From Balanoglossus misakiensis (lineage: Eukaryota; Animalia; Hemichordata), in the NCBI GenBank assembly GCA_040954595.2, contig CM082596.2:5096791-5160790 (forward strand): a stretch of DNA of 64,000 nt. Direction: 5' to 3'. Position 1 is the first letter of the stretch. Every line of letters starts with the position of its first letter. The position numbers were made by a program, and so were the translations under genes. The notes below the pieces were generated by a model that had not been told where the DNA came from, did no database searches, and was given only the letters and a program-made list of their open reading frames with translations. Of this stretch, positions 15,001 through 30,000 are shown piece after piece.

Positions 15001-18000
15001 AATTTTGAAAATTTGGTCATTTTTTGAAGAAACCATGGGTTATAGCTCAGGAAAATCGTCAAAAATCGAAGATTTTTCGACTTTGCGAATTTTGAAAATT
15101 TGTTCATTTTTTGAAAAAACCATGGGTTATAGCTCAGGAAAATCGTCAAAAATCGAAGATTTTTCGACTTTGCGAATTTTGAAAATTTGTTCATTTTTTT
15201 AAAAAACCATGGGTTATAGCTCAGGAAAATCGTCAAAAATCGAAGATTTTTCGACTTTGGGAATTTTGAAAATTTGGTCATTTTTTGAAAAAACCATGGG
15301 TTATAGCTCAGGAAAATCGTCAAAAATCGAAGATTTTTCGACTTTGGGAATTTTGAAAATTTGGTCATTTTTTGAAAAAACCATGGGTTATAGCTCAGGA
15401 AAATCGTCAAAAATCGAAGATTTTTCGACTTTGGGAATTTTGAAAATTTGGTCATTTTTTGAAAAAACCATGGGTTATAGCTCAGGAAAATCGTCAAAAA
15501 TCGAAGATTTTTCGACTTTGGGAATTTTGAAAATTTGGTCATTTTTTGAAAAAACCATGGGTTATAGCTCAGGAAAATCGTCAAAAATCGAAGATTTTTC
15601 GACTTTGGGAATTTTGAAAATTTGGTCATTTTTTGAAAAAACCATGGGTTATAGCTCAGGAAAATCGTCAAAAATCGAAGATTTTTCGACTTTGGGAATT
15701 TTGAAAATTTGGTCATTTTTTGAAAAAACCATGGGTTATAGCTCAGGAAAATCGTCAAAAATCGAAGATTTTTCGACTTTGGGAATTTTGAAAATTTGGT
15801 CATTATTTGAAAAAAACCATGGGTTATAGCTCAGGAAAATCGTCAAAAATCGAAGATTTGTCGACTTTGGGAATTTTGAAAATTTGGTCATTATTTGAAA
15901 AAACCATGGGTTATAGCTCAGGAAAATCGTCAAAAATCGAAGATTTTTCGACTTTGCGAATTTTGAAAATTTGGTCATTTTTTGAAAAAACCATGGGTTA
16001 TAGCTCAGGAAAATCGTCAAAAATCGAAGATTTTTTCGACTTTGCGAATTTTGAAAATTTGGTCATTTTTTGAAAAAACCATGGTTTATAGCTCAGGAAA
16101 ATCGTCAAAAATCGAAGATTTTTCGACTTTGCGAATTTTGAAAATTTGGTCATTTTTTGAAAAAACCATGGGTTATAGCTCAGGAAAATCGTCAAAAATC
16201 GAAGATTTTTCGACTTTGCGAATTTTGAAAATTTGGTCATTTTTTGAAAAAACCATGGGTTATAGCTCAGGAAAATCGTCAAAAATCGAAGATTTTTCGA
16301 CTTTGCGAATTTTGAAAATTTGGTCATTTTTTGAAAAAACCATGGGTTATAGCTCAGGAAAATCGTCAAAAATCGAAGATTTTTCGACTTTGCGAATTTT
16401 GAAAATTTGGTCATTTTTTGAAAAAACCATGGGTTATAGCTCAGGAAAATCGTCAAAAATCGAAGATTTTTCGACTTTGGGAATTTTGAAAATTTGGTCA
16501 TTTTTTGAAAAAACCATGGGTCATAGCTCAGGAAAATCGTCAAAAATCGAAGATTTTTCGACTTTGGGAATTTTGAAAATTTGATCATTTTTTGAAAAAA
16601 ACCATGGGTGATAGCTCAGGAAAATCGTCAAAAATCGAAGATTTTTCGACTTTGGGAATTTTGAAAATTTGGTCATTTTTTGAAAAAACCATGGGTTATA
16701 GCTCAGGAAAATCGTCAAAAATCGAAGATTTTTCGACTTTGGGAATTTTGAAAATTTGGTCATTTTTTGAAAAAACCATGGGTTATAGCTCAGGAAAATC
16801 GTCAAAAATCGAAGATTTTTCGACTTTGGGAATTTTGAAAATTTGGTCATTATTTGAAAAAACCATGGGTTATAGCTCAGGAAAATCGTCAAAAATCGAA
16901 GATTTGTCGACTTTGGGAATTTTGAAAATTTGGTCATTTTTTGAAAAAACCATGGGTTATAGCTCAGGAAAATCGTCAAAAATCGAAGATTTTTCGACTT
17001 TGCGAATTTTGAAAATTTGGTCATTTTTTGAAAAAACCATGGTTTATAGCTCAGGAAAATCGTCAAAAATCGAAGATTTTTCGACTTTGCGAATTTTGAA
17101 AATTTGGTCATTTTTTGAAAAAACCATGGGTTATAGCTCAGGAAAATCGTCAAAAATCGAAGATTTTTCGACTTTGGGAATTTTGAAAATTTGTTCATTT
17201 TTTGAAAAAACCATGGGTTATAGCTCAGGAAAATCGTCAAAAATCGAAGATTTTTCGACTTTGGGAATTTTGAAAATTTGTTCATTTTTTGAAAAAACCA
17301 TGGGTTATAGCTCAGGAAAATCGTCAAAAATCGAAGATTTTTCGACTTTGGGAATTTTGAAAATTTGGTCATTTTTTGAAAAAACCATGGGTTATAGCTC
17401 AGGAAAATCGTCAAAAATCGAAGATTTTTCGACTTTGGGAATTTTGAAAATTTGGTCATTTTTTGAAAAAACCATGGGTTATAGCTCAGGAAAATCGTCA
17501 AAAATCGAAGATTTTTCGACTTTGGGAATTTTGAAAATTTGGTCATTTTTTGAAAAAACCATGGGTTATAGCTCAGGAAAATCGTCAAAAATCGAAGATT
17601 TTTCGACTTTGGGAATTTTGAAAATTTGGTCATTTTTTGAAAAAACCATGGGTTATAGCTCAGGAAAATCGTCAAAAATCGAAGATTTTTCGACTTTGGG
17701 AATTTTGAAAATTTGGTCATTTTTTGAAAAAACCATGGGTTATAGCTCAGGAAAATCGTCAAAAATCGAAGATTTTTCGACTTTGGGAATTTTGAAAATT
17801 TGGTCATTTTTTGAAAAAACCATGGGTTATAGCTCAGGAAAATCGTCAAAAATCGAAGATTTTTCGACTTTGGGAATTTTGAAAATTTGGTCATTTTTTG
17901 AAAAAACCATGGGTTATAGCTCAGGAAAATCGTCAAAAATCGAAGATTTTTCGACTTTGGGAATTTTGAAAATTTGGTCATTATTTGAAAAAACCATGGG

Positions 18001-21000
18001 TTATAGCTCAGGAAAATCGTCAAAAATCGAAGATTTGTCGACTTTGCGAATTTTGAAAATTTGGTCATTATTTGAAAAAACCATGGGTTATAGCTCAGGA
18101 AAATCGTCAAAAATCGAAGATTTTTCGACTTTGCGAATTTTGAAAATTTGGTCATTTTTTGAAAAAACCATGGGTTATAGCTCAGGAAAATCGTCAAAAA
18201 TCGAAGATTTTTCGACTTTGCGAATTTTGAAAATTTGGTCATTTTTTGAAAAAACCATGGTTTATAGCTCAGGAAAATCGTCAAAAATCGAAGATTTTTC
18301 GACTTTGCGAATTTTGAAAATTTGGTCATTTTTTGAAAAAACCATGGGTTATAGCTCAGGAAAATCGTCAAAAATCGAAGATTTTTCGACTTTGCGAATT
18401 TTGAAAATTTGTTCATTTTTTGAAAAAACCATGGGTTATAGCTCAGGAAAATCGTCAAAAATCGAAGATTTTTCGACTTTGCGAATTTTGAAAATTTGTT
18501 CATTTTTTTAAAAAACCATGGGTTATAGCTCAGGAAAATCGTCAAAAATCGAAGATTTTTCGACTTTGCGAATTTTGAAAATTTGGTCATTTTTTGAAAA
18601 AACCATGGGTTATAGCTCAGGAAAATCGTCAAAAATCGAAGATTTTTCGACTTTGCGAATTTTGAAAATTTGGTCATTTTTTGAAAAAACCATGGGTTAT
18701 AGCTCAGGAAAATCGTCAAAAATCGAAGATTTTTCGACTTTGCGAATTTTGAAAATTTGGTCATTTTTTGAAAAAACCATGGGTTATAGCTCAGGAAAAT
18801 CGTCAAATATCGAAGATTTTTCGACTTTGGGAATTTTGAAAATTTGGTCATTTTTTGAAAAAACCATGGGTTATAGCTCAGGAAAATCGTCAAAAATCGA
18901 AGATTTTTCGACTTTGGGAATTTTGAAAATTTGGTCATTTTTTGAAAAAACCATGGGTTATAGCTCAGGAAAATCGTCAAAAATCGAAGATTTTTCGACT
19001 TTGGGAATTTTGAAAATTTGGTCATTTTTTGAAAAAACCATGGGTTATAGCTCAGGAAAATCGTCAAAAATCGAAGATTTTTCGACTTTGGGAATTTTGA
19101 AAATTTGGTCATTTTTTGAAAAAACCATGGGTTATAGCTCAGGAAAATCGTCAAAAATCGAAGATTTTTCGACTTTGGGAATTTTGAAAATTTGGTCATT
19201 TTTTGAAAAAACCATGGGTTATAGCTCAGGAAAATCGTCAAAAATCGAAGATTTTTCGACTTTGCGAATTTTGAAAATTTGGTCATTTTTTGAAAAAACC
19301 ATGGTTTATAGCTCAGGAAAATCGTCAAAAATCGAAGATTTTTCGACTTTGCGAATTTTGAAAATTTGGTCATTTTTTGAAAAAACCATGGGTTATAGCT
19401 CAGGAAAATCGTCAAAAATCGAAGATTTTTCGACTTTGGGAATTTTGAAAATTTGTTCATTTTTTGAAAAAACCATGGGTTATAGCTCAGGAAAATCGTC
19501 AAAAATCGAAGATTTTTCGACTTTGCGAATTTTGAAAATTTGGTCATTTTTTGAAAAAACCATGGGTTATAGCTCAGGAAAATCGTCAAAAATCGAAGAT
19601 TTTTCGACTTTGCGAATTTTGAAAATTTGGTCATTTTTTGAAAAAACCATGGGTTATAGCTCAGGAAAATCGTCAAATATCGAAGATTTTTCGACTTTGG
19701 GAATTTTGAAAATTTGGTCATTTTTTGAAAAAACCATGGGTTATAGCTCAGGAAAATCGTCAAAAATCGAAGATTTTTCGACTTTGCGAATTTTGAAAAT
19801 TTGGTCATTTTTTGAAAAAACCATGGGTTATAGCTCAGGAAAATCGTCAAAAATCGAAGATTTTTCGACTTTGGGAATTTTGAAAATTTGGTCATTTTTT
19901 GAAAAAACCATGGGTTATAGCTCAGGAAAATCGTCAAAAATCGAAGATTTTTCGACTTTGGGAATTTTGAAAATTTGGTCATTTTTTGAAAAAACCATGG
20001 GTTATAGCTCAGGAAAATCGTCAAAAATCGAAGATTTTTCGACTTTGGGAATTTTGAAAATTTGGTCATTTTTTGAAAAAACCATGGGTTATAGCTCAGG
20101 AAAATCGTCAAAAATCGAAGATTTTTCGACTTTGGGAATTTTGAAAATTTGGTCATTTTTTGAAAAAACCATGGGTTATAGCTCAGGAAAATCGTCAAAA
20201 ATCGAAGATTTTTCGACTTTGGGAATTTTGAAAATTTGGTCATTTTTTGAAAAAACCATGGGTTATAGCTCAGGAAAATCGTCAAAAATCGAAGATTTTT
20301 CGACTTTGGGAATTTTGAAAATTTGGTCATTATTTGAAAAAACCATGGGTTATAGCTCAGGAAAATCGTCAAAAATCGAAGATTTGTCGACTTTGGGAAT
20401 TTTGAAAATTTGGTCATTTTTTGAAAAAACCATGGGTTATAGCTCAGGAAAATCGTCAAAAATCGAAGATTTTTCGACTTTGCGAATTTTGAAAATTTGG
20501 TCATTTTTTGAAAAAACCATGGTTTATAGCTCAGGAAAATCGTCAAAAATCGAAGATTTTTCGACTTTGCGAATTTTGAAAATTTGGTCATTTTTTGAAA
20601 AAACCATGGGTTATAGCTCAGGAAAATCGTCAAAAATCGAAGATTTTTCGACTTTGCGAATTTTGAAAATTTGTTCATTTTTTGAAAAAACCATGGGTTA
20701 TAGCTCAGGAAAATCGTCAAAAATCGAAGATTTTTCGACTTTGCGAATTTTGAAAATTTGTTCATTTTTTGAAAAAACCATGGGTTATAGCTCAGGAAAA
20801 TCGTCAAAAATCGAAGATTTTTCGACTTTGGGAATTTTGAAAATTTGGTCATTTTTTGAAAAAACCATGGGTTATAGCTCAGGAAAATCGTCAAAAATCG
20901 AAGATTTTTCGACTTTGGGAATTTTGAAAATTTGGTCATTTTTGAAAAAACCATTGGTTATAGCTCAGGAAAATCGTCAAATATCGATGATTTTTCGACT

Positions 21001-24000
21001 TTGGGAATTTTGAAAATTTGGTCATTTTTTGAAAAAACCATGGGTTATAGCTCAGGAAAATCGTCAAAAATCGAAGATTTTTCGACTTTGGGAATTTTGA
21101 AAATTTGGTCATTTTTTGAAAAAACCATGGGTTATAGCTCAGGAAAATCGTCAAAAATCGAAGATTTTTCGACTTTGGGAATTTTGAAAATTTGGTCATT
21201 TTTTGAAAAAACCATGGGTTATAGCTCAGGAAAATCGTCAAAAATCGAAGATTTTTCGACTTTGGGAATTTTGAAAATTTGGTCATTTTTTGAAAAAACC
21301 ATGGGTTATAGCTCAGGAAAATCGTCAAAAATCGAAGATTTTTCGACTTTGGGAATTTTGAAAATTTGGTCATTTTTTGAAAAAACCATGGGTTATAGCT
21401 CAGGAAAATCGTCAAAAATCGAAGATTTTTCGACTTTGGGAATTTTGAAAATTTGGTCATTTTTTGAAAAAACCATGGGTTATAGCTCAGGAAAATCGTC
21501 AAAAATCGAAGATTTTTCGACTTTGGGAATTTTGAAAATTTGGTCATTTTTTGAAAAAACCATGGGTTATAGCTCAGGAAAATCGTCAAAAATCGAAGAT
21601 TTTTCGACTTTGGGAATTTTGAAAATTTGGTCATTTTTTGAAAAAAACCATGGGTTATAGCTCAGGAAAATCGTCAAAAATCGAAGATTTTTCGACTTTG
21701 GGAATTTTGAAAATTTGGTCATTTTTTGAAAAAAACCATGGGTTATAGCTCAGGAAAATCGTCAAAAATCGAAGATTTTTCGACTTTGGGAATTTTGAAA
21801 ATTTGGTCATTTTTTGAAAAAAACCATGGGTTATAGCTCAGGAAAATCGTCAAAAATGGAAGATTTTTCGACTTTGGGAATTTTGAAAATTTGGTCATTT
21901 TTTGAAAAAACCATGGGTTATAGCTCAGGAAAATCGTCAAAAATCGAAGATTTTTCGACTTTGGGAATTTTGAAAATTTGGTCATTTTTTGAAAAAACCG
22001 TGGGTTATAGCTCAGGAAAATCGTCAAAAATCGAAGATTTGTCGACTTTGGGAATTTTGAAAATTTGGTCATTTTTTGAAAAAACCATGGGTTATAGCTC
22101 AGGAAAATCGTCAAAAATCGAAGATTTTTCGACTTTGGGAATTTTGAAAATTTGGTCATTTTTTGAAAAAACCATGGGTTATAGCTCAGGAAAATCGTCA
22201 AAAATCGAAGATTTTTCGACTTTGGGAATTTTGAAAATTTGGTCATTTTTTGAAAAAACCATGGGTTATAGCTCAGGAAAATCGTCAAAAATCGAAGATT
22301 TTTCGACTTTGGGAATTTTGAAAATTTGGTCATTTTTTGAAAAAACCATGGGTTATAGCGCAGGAAAATCGTCAAAAATCGAAGATTTTTCGACTTTGGG
22401 AATTTTGAAAATTTGGTCATTTTTTGAAAAAACCATGGGTCATAGCTCAGGAAAATCGTCAAAAATCGAAGATTTTTCGACTTTGGGAATTTTGAAAATT
22501 TGGTCATTTTTTGAAAAAAACCATGGGTCATAGCTCAGGAAAATCGTCAAAAATCGAAGATTTTTCGACTTTGGGAATTTTGAAAATTTGGTCATTTTTT
22601 GAAAAAACCATGGGTCATAGCTCAGGAAAATCGTCAAAAATCGAAGATTTTTCGACTTTGGGAATTTTGAAAATTTGGTCATTTTTTGAAAAAACCATGG
22701 GTCATAGCTCAGGAAAATCGTCAAAAATCGAAGATTTTTCGACTTTGGGAATTTTGAAAATTTGGTCATTTTTTGAAAAAACCATGGGTTATAGCTCAGG
22801 AAAATCGTCAAAAATCGAAGATTTTTCGACTTTGGGAATTTTGAAAATTTGGTCATTTTTTGAAAAAACCATGGGTTATAGCTCAGGAAAATCGTCAAAA
22901 ATCGAAGATTTTTCGACTTTGGGAATTTTGAAAATTTGGTCATTATTTGAAAAAACCATGGGTTATAGCTCAGGAAAATCGTCAAAAATCGAAGATTTTT
23001 CGACTTTGGGAATTTTGAAAATTTGGTCATTATTTGAAAAAACCATGGGTTATAGCTCAGGAAAATCGTCAAAAATCGAAGATTTGTCGACTTTGGGAAT
23101 TTTGAAAATTTGGTCATTATTTGAAAAAACCATGGGTTATAGCTCAGGAAAATCGTCAAAAATCGAAGATTTGTCGACTTTGGGAATTTTGAAAATTTGG
23201 TCATTTTTTGAAAAAACCATGGGTTATAGCTCAGGAAAATCGTCAAAAATCGAAGATTTTTCGACTTTGCGAATTTTGAAAATTTGGTCATTTTTTGAAA
23301 AAACCATGGTTTATAGCTCAGGAAAATCGTCAAAAATCGAAGATTTTTCGACTTTGCGAATTTTGAAAATTTGGTCATTTTTTGAAAAAACCATGGGTTA
23401 TAGCTCAGGAAAATCGTCAAAAATCGAAGATTTTTCGACTTTGCGAATTTTGAAAATTTGGTCATTTTTTGAAAAAACCATGGGTTATAGCTCAGGAAAA
23501 TCGTCAAAAATCGAAGATTTTTCGACTTTGGGAATTTTGAAAATTTGTTCATTTTTTGAAAAAACCATGGGTTATAGCTCAGGAAAATCGTCAAAAATCG
23601 AAGATTTTTCGACTTTGGGAATTTTGAAAATTTGGTCATTTTTTGAAAAAACCATGGGTTATAGCTCAGGAAAATCGTCAAAAATCGAAGATTTTTCGAC
23701 TTTGGGAATTTTGAAAATTTGGTCATTTTTTGAAAAAACCATGGGTTATAGCTCAGGAAAATCGTCAAAAATCGAAGATTTTTCGACTTTGCGAATTTTG
23801 AAAATTTGGTCATTTTTTGAAAAAACCATGGGTTATAGCTCAGGAAAATCGTCAAATATCGATGATTTTTCGACTTTGGGAATTTTGAAAATTTGGTCAT
23901 TTTTTGAAAAAACCATGGGTTATAGCTCAGGAAAATCGTCAAAAATCGAAGATTTTTCGACTTTGCGAATTTTGAAAATTTGGTCATTTTTTGAAAAAAC

Positions 24001-27000
24001 CATGGGTTATAGCTCAGGAAAATCGTCAAAAATCGAAGATTTTTCGACTTTGGGAATTTTGAAAATTTGGTCATTTTTTGAAAAAACCATGGGTTATAGC
24101 TCAGGAAAATCGTCAAAAATCGAAGATTTTTCGACTTTGGGAATTTTGAAAATTTGGTCATTTTTTGAAAAAAACATGGGTTATAGCTCAGGAAAATCGT
24201 CAAAAATCGAAGATTTTTCGACTTTGGGAATTTTGAAAATTTGGTCATTTTTTGAAAAAACCATGGGTTATAGCTCAGGAAAATCGTCAAAAATGGAAGA
24301 TTTTTCGACTTTGGGAATTTTGAAAATTTGGTCATTTTTTGAAAAAACCATGGGTTATAGCTCAGGAAAATCGTCAAAAATGGAAGATTTTTCGACTTTG
24401 GGAATTTTGAAAATTTGGTCATTTTTTGAAAAAACCATGGGTTATAGCTCAGGAAAATCGTCAAAAATCGAAGATTTTTCGACTTTGGGAATTTTGAAAA
24501 TTTGGTCATTTTTTGAAAAAACCATGGGTTATAGCTCAGGAAAATCGTCAAAAATCGAAGATTTTTCGACTTTGGGAATTTTGAAAATTTGGTCATTTTT
24601 TGAAAAAACCATGGGTTATAGCTCAGGAAAATCGTCAAAAATCGAAGATTTTTCGACTTTGCGAATTTTGAAAATTTGGTCATTTTTTGAAAAAACCATG
24701 GGTTATAGCTCAGGAAAATCGTCAAAAATCGAAGATTTTTCGACTTTGCGAATTTTGAAAATTTGGTCATTTTTTGAAAAAACCATGGGTTATAGCTCAG
24801 GAAAATCGTCAAAAATCGAAGATTTGTCGACTTTGGGAATTTTGAAAATTTGGTCATTTTTTGAAAAAACCATGGGTTATAGCTCAGGAAAATCGTCAAA
24901 AATCGAAGATTTTTCGACTTTGGGAATTTTGAAAATTTGGTCATTTTTTGAAAAAACCATGGGTTATAGCTCAGGAAAATCGTCAAAAATCGAAGATTTT
25001 TCGACTTTGGGAATTTTGAAAATTTGGTCATTTTTTGAAAAAACCATGGGTTATAGCTCAGGAAAATCGTCAAAAATCGAAGATTTTTCGACTTTGGGAA
25101 TTTTGAAAATTTGGTCATTTTTTGAAAAAACCATGGGTTATAGCTCAGGAAAATCGTCAAAAATCGAAGATTTTTCGACTTTGCGAATTTTGAAAATTTG
25201 GTCATTTTTTGAAAAAACCATGGGTTATAGCTCAGGAAAATCGTCAAAAATCGAAGATTTTTCGACTTTGGGAATTTTGAAAATTTGGTCATTTTTTGAA
25301 AAAACCATGGGTTATAGCTCAGGAAAATCGTCAAAAATCGAAGATTTTTCGACTTTGGGAATTTTGAAAATTTGGTCATTTTTTGAAAAAACCATGGGTT
25401 ATAGCTCAGGAAAATCGTCAAAAATCGAAGATTTTTCGACTTTGGGAATTTTGAAAATTTGGTCATTTTTTGAAAAAACCATGGGTTATAGCTCAGGAAA
25501 ATCGTCAAAAATCGAAGATTTTTCGACTTTGGGAATTTTGAAAATTTGGTCATTTTTTGAAAAAACCATGGGTTATAGCTCAGGAAAATCGTCAAAAATC
25601 GAAGATTTTTCGACTTTGGGAATTTTGAAAATTTGGTCATTTTTTGAAAAAACCATGGGTTATAGCTCAGGAAAATCGTCAAAAATCGAAGATTTTTCGA
25701 CTTTGGGAATTTTGAAAATTTGGTCATTTTTTGAAAAAACCATGGGTTATAGCTCAGGAAAATCGTCAAAAATCGAAGATTTTTCGACTTTGGGAATTTT
25801 GAAAATTTGGTCATTTTTTGAAAAAACCATGGGTTATAGCTCAGGAAAATCGTCAAAAATCGAAGATTTTTCGACTTTGGGAATTTCGAAAATTTGGTCA
25901 TTTTTTGAAAAAACCATGGGTTATAGCTCAGGAAAATCGTCAAAAATCGAAGATTTTTCGACTTTGGGAATTTTGAAAATTTGGTCATTTTTTGAAAAAA
26001 CCATGGGTTATAGCTCAGGAAAATCGTCAAAAATCGAAGATTTTTCGACTTTGGGAATTTTGAAAATTTGGTCATTTTTTGAAAAAACCATGGGTTATAG
26101 CTCAGGAAAATCGTCAAAAATCGAAGATTTTTCGACTTTGGGAATTTTGAAAATTTGGTCATTTTTTGAAAAAACCATGGGTTATAGCTCAGGAAAATCG
26201 TCAAAAATCGAAGATTTTTCGACTTTGGGAATTTTGAAAATTTGGTCATTTTTTGAAAAAACCATGGGTTATAGCTCAGGAAAATCGTCAAAAATCGAAG
26301 ATTTTTCGACTTTGGGAATTTTGAAAATTTGGTCATTTTTTGAAAAAACCATGGGTTATAGCTCAGGAAAATCGTCAAAAATCGAAGATTTTTCGACTTT
26401 GGGAATTTTGAAAATTTGGTCATTTTTTGAAAAAACCATGGGTTATAGCTCAGGAAAATCGTCAAAAATCGAAGATTTTTCGACTTTGGGAATTTTGAAA
26501 ATTTGGTCATTTTTTGAAAAAACCATGGGTTATAGCTCAGGAAAATCGTCAAAAATCGAAGATTTGTCGACTTTGGGAATTTTGAAAATTTGGTCATTTT
26601 TTGAAAAAACCATGGGTTATAGCTCAGGAAAATCGTCAAAAATCGAAGATTTGTCGACTTTGGGAATTTTGAAAATTTGGTCATTTTTTGAAAAAACCAT
26701 GGGTTATAGCTCAGGAAAATCGTCAAAAATCGAAGATTTGTCGACTTTGGGAATTTTGAAAATTTGGTCATTTTTTGAAAAAACCATGGGTTATAGCTCA
26801 GGAAAATCGTCAAAAATCGAAGATTTGTCGACTTTGGGAATTTTGAAAATTTGGTCATTTTTTGAAAAAACCATGGGTTATAGCTCAGGAAAATCGTCAA
26901 AAATCGAAGATTTGTCGACTTTGGGAATTTTGAAAATTTGGTCATTTTTTGAAAAAACCATGGGTTATAGCTCAGGAAAATCGTCAAAAATCGAAGATTT

Positions 27001-30000
27001 GTCGACTTTGGGAATTTTGAAAATTTGGTCATTTTTTGAAAAAACCATGGGTTATAGCTCAGGAAAATCGTCAAAAATCGAAGATTTGTCGACTTTGGGA
27101 ATTTTGAAAATTTGGTCATTTTTTGAAAAAACCATGGGTTATAGCTCAGGAAAATCGTCAAAAATCGAAGATTTGTCGACTTTGGGAATTTTGAAAATTT
27201 GGTCATTTTTTGAAAAAACCATGGGTTATAGCTCAGGAAAATCGTCAAAAATCGAAGATTTGTCGACTTTGGGAATTTTGAAAATTTGGTCATTTTTTGA
27301 AAAAACCATGGGTTATAGCTCAGGAAAATCGTCAAAAATCGAAGATTTGTCGACTTTGGGAATTTTGAAAATTTGGTCATTTTTTGAAAAAACCATGGGT
27401 TATAGCTCAGGAAAATCGTCAAAAATCGAAGATTTGTCGACTTTGGGAATTTTGAAAATTTGGTCATTTTTTGAAAAAACCATGGGTTATAGCTCAGGAA
27501 AATCGTCAAAAATCGAAGATTTGTCGACTTTGGGAATTTTGAAAATTTGGTCATTTTTTGAAAAAACCATGGGTTATAGCTCAGGAAAATCGTCAAAAAT
27601 CGAAGATTTTTCGACTTTGGGAATTTTGAAAATTTGGTCATTTTTTGAAAAAACCATGGGTTATAGCTCAGGAAAATCGTCAAAAATCGAAGATTTTTCG
27701 ACTTTGGGAATTTTGAAAATTTGGTCATTTTTTGAAAAAACCATGGGTTATAGCTCAGGAAAATCGTCAAAAATCGAAGATTTTTCGACTTTGGGAATTT
27801 TGAAAATTTGGTCATTTTTTGAAAAAACCATGGGTTATAGCTCAGGAAAATCGTCAAAAATCGAAGATTTTTCGACTTTGCGAATTTTGAAAATTTGGTC
27901 ATTTTTTGAAAAAACCATGGGTTATAGCTCAGGAAAATCGTCAAAAATCGAAGATTTTTCGACTTTGCGAATTTTGAAAATTTGGTCATTTTTTGAAAAA
28001 ACCATGGGTTATAGCTCAGGAAAATCGTCAAAAATCGAAGATTTGTCGACTTTGGGAATTTTGAAAATTTGGTCATTTTTTGAAAAAGCCATGAGTTATA
28101 GCTCAGGAAAATCGTCAAAAATCGAAGATTTGTCGACTTTGGGAATTTTGAAAATTTGGTCATTTTTTGAAAAAGCCATGGGTTATAGCTCAGGAAAATC
28201 GTCAAAAATCGAAGATTTGTCGACTTTGGGAATTTTGAAAATTTGGTCATTTTTTGAAAAAGCCATGGGTTATAGCTCAGGAAAATCGTCAAAAATCGAA
28301 GATTTTTCGACTTTGGGAATTTTGAAAATTTGGTCATTTTTTGAAAAAGCCATGGGTTATAGCTCAGGAAAATCGTCAAAAATCGAAGATTTTTCGACTT
28401 TGGGAATTTTGAAAATTTGGTCATTTTTTGAAAAAACCATGGGTTATAGCTCAGGAAAATCGTCAAAAATCGAAGATTTGTCGACTTTGGGAATTTTGAA
28501 AATTTGGTCATTTTTTGAAAAAACCATGGGTTATAGCTCAGGAAAATCGTCAAAAATCGAAGATTTGTCGACTTTGGGAATTTTGAAAATTTGGTCATTT
28601 TTTGAAAAAACCATGGGTTATAGCTCAGGAAAATCGTCAAAAATCGAAGATTTGTCGACTTTGGGAATTTTGAAAATTTGGTCATTTTTTGAAAAAACCA
28701 TGGGTTATAGCTCAGGAAAATCGTCAAAAATCGAAGATTTGTCGACTTTGGGAATTTTGAAAATTTGGTCATTTTTTGAAAAAACCATGGGTTATAGCTC
28801 AGGAAAATCGTCAAAAATCGAAGATTTGTCGACTTTGGGAATTTTGAAAATTTGGTCATTTTTTGAAAAAACCATGGGTTATAGCTCAGGAAAATCGTCA
28901 AAAATCGAAGATTTGTCGACTTTGGGAATTTTGAAAATTTGGTCATTTTTTGAAAAAACCATGGGTTATAGCTCAGGAAAATCGTCAAAAATCGAAGATT
29001 TTTCGACTTTGGGAATTTTGAAAATTTGGTCATTTTTTGAAAAAACCATGGGTTATAGCTCAGGAAAATCGTCAAAAATCGAAGATTTTTCGACTTTGGG
29101 AATTTTGAAAATTTGGTCATTTTTTGAAAAAACCATGGGTTATAGCTCAGGAAAATCGTCAAAAATCGAAGATTTTTCGACTTTGGGAATTTTGAAAATT
29201 TGGTCATTTTTTGAAAAAACCATGGGTTATAGCTCAGGAAAATCGTCAAAAATCGAAGATTTTTCGACTTTGGGAATTTTGAAAATTTGGTCATTTTTTG
29301 AAAAAAACCATGGGTTATAGCTCAGGAAAATCGTCAAAAATCGAAGATTTTTCGACTTTGGGAATTTTGAAAATTTGGTCATTTTTTGAAAAAAACCATG
29401 GGTTATAGCTCAGGAAAATCGTCAAAAATCGAAGATTTTTCGACTTTGGGAATTTTGAAAATTTGGTCATTTTTTGAAAAAACCATGGGTTATAGCTCAG
29501 GAAAATCGTCAAAAATCGAAGATTTTTCGACTTTGGGAATTTTGAAAATTTGGTCATTTTTTGAAAAAACCATGGGTTATAGCTCAGGAAAATCGTCAAA
29601 AATCGAAGATTTTTCGACTTTGGGAATTTTGAAAATTTGGTCATTTTTTGAAAAAACCATGGGTTATAGCTCAGGAAAATCGTCAAAAATCGAAGATTTT
29701 TCGACTTTGGGAATTTTGAAAATTTGGTCATTTTTTGAAAAAACCATGGGTTATAGCTCAGGAAAATCGTCAAAAATCGAAGATTTTTCGACTTTGGGAA
29801 TTTTGAAAATTTGGTCATTTTTTGAAAAAACCATGGGTTATAGCTCAGGAAAATCGTCAAAAATCGAAGATTTTTCGACTTTGGGAATTTTGAAAATTTG
29901 GTCATTTTTTGAAAAAACCATGGGTTATAGCTCAGGAAAATCGTCAAAAATCGAAGATTTTTCGACTTTGGGAATTTTGAAAATTTGGTCATTTTTTGAA

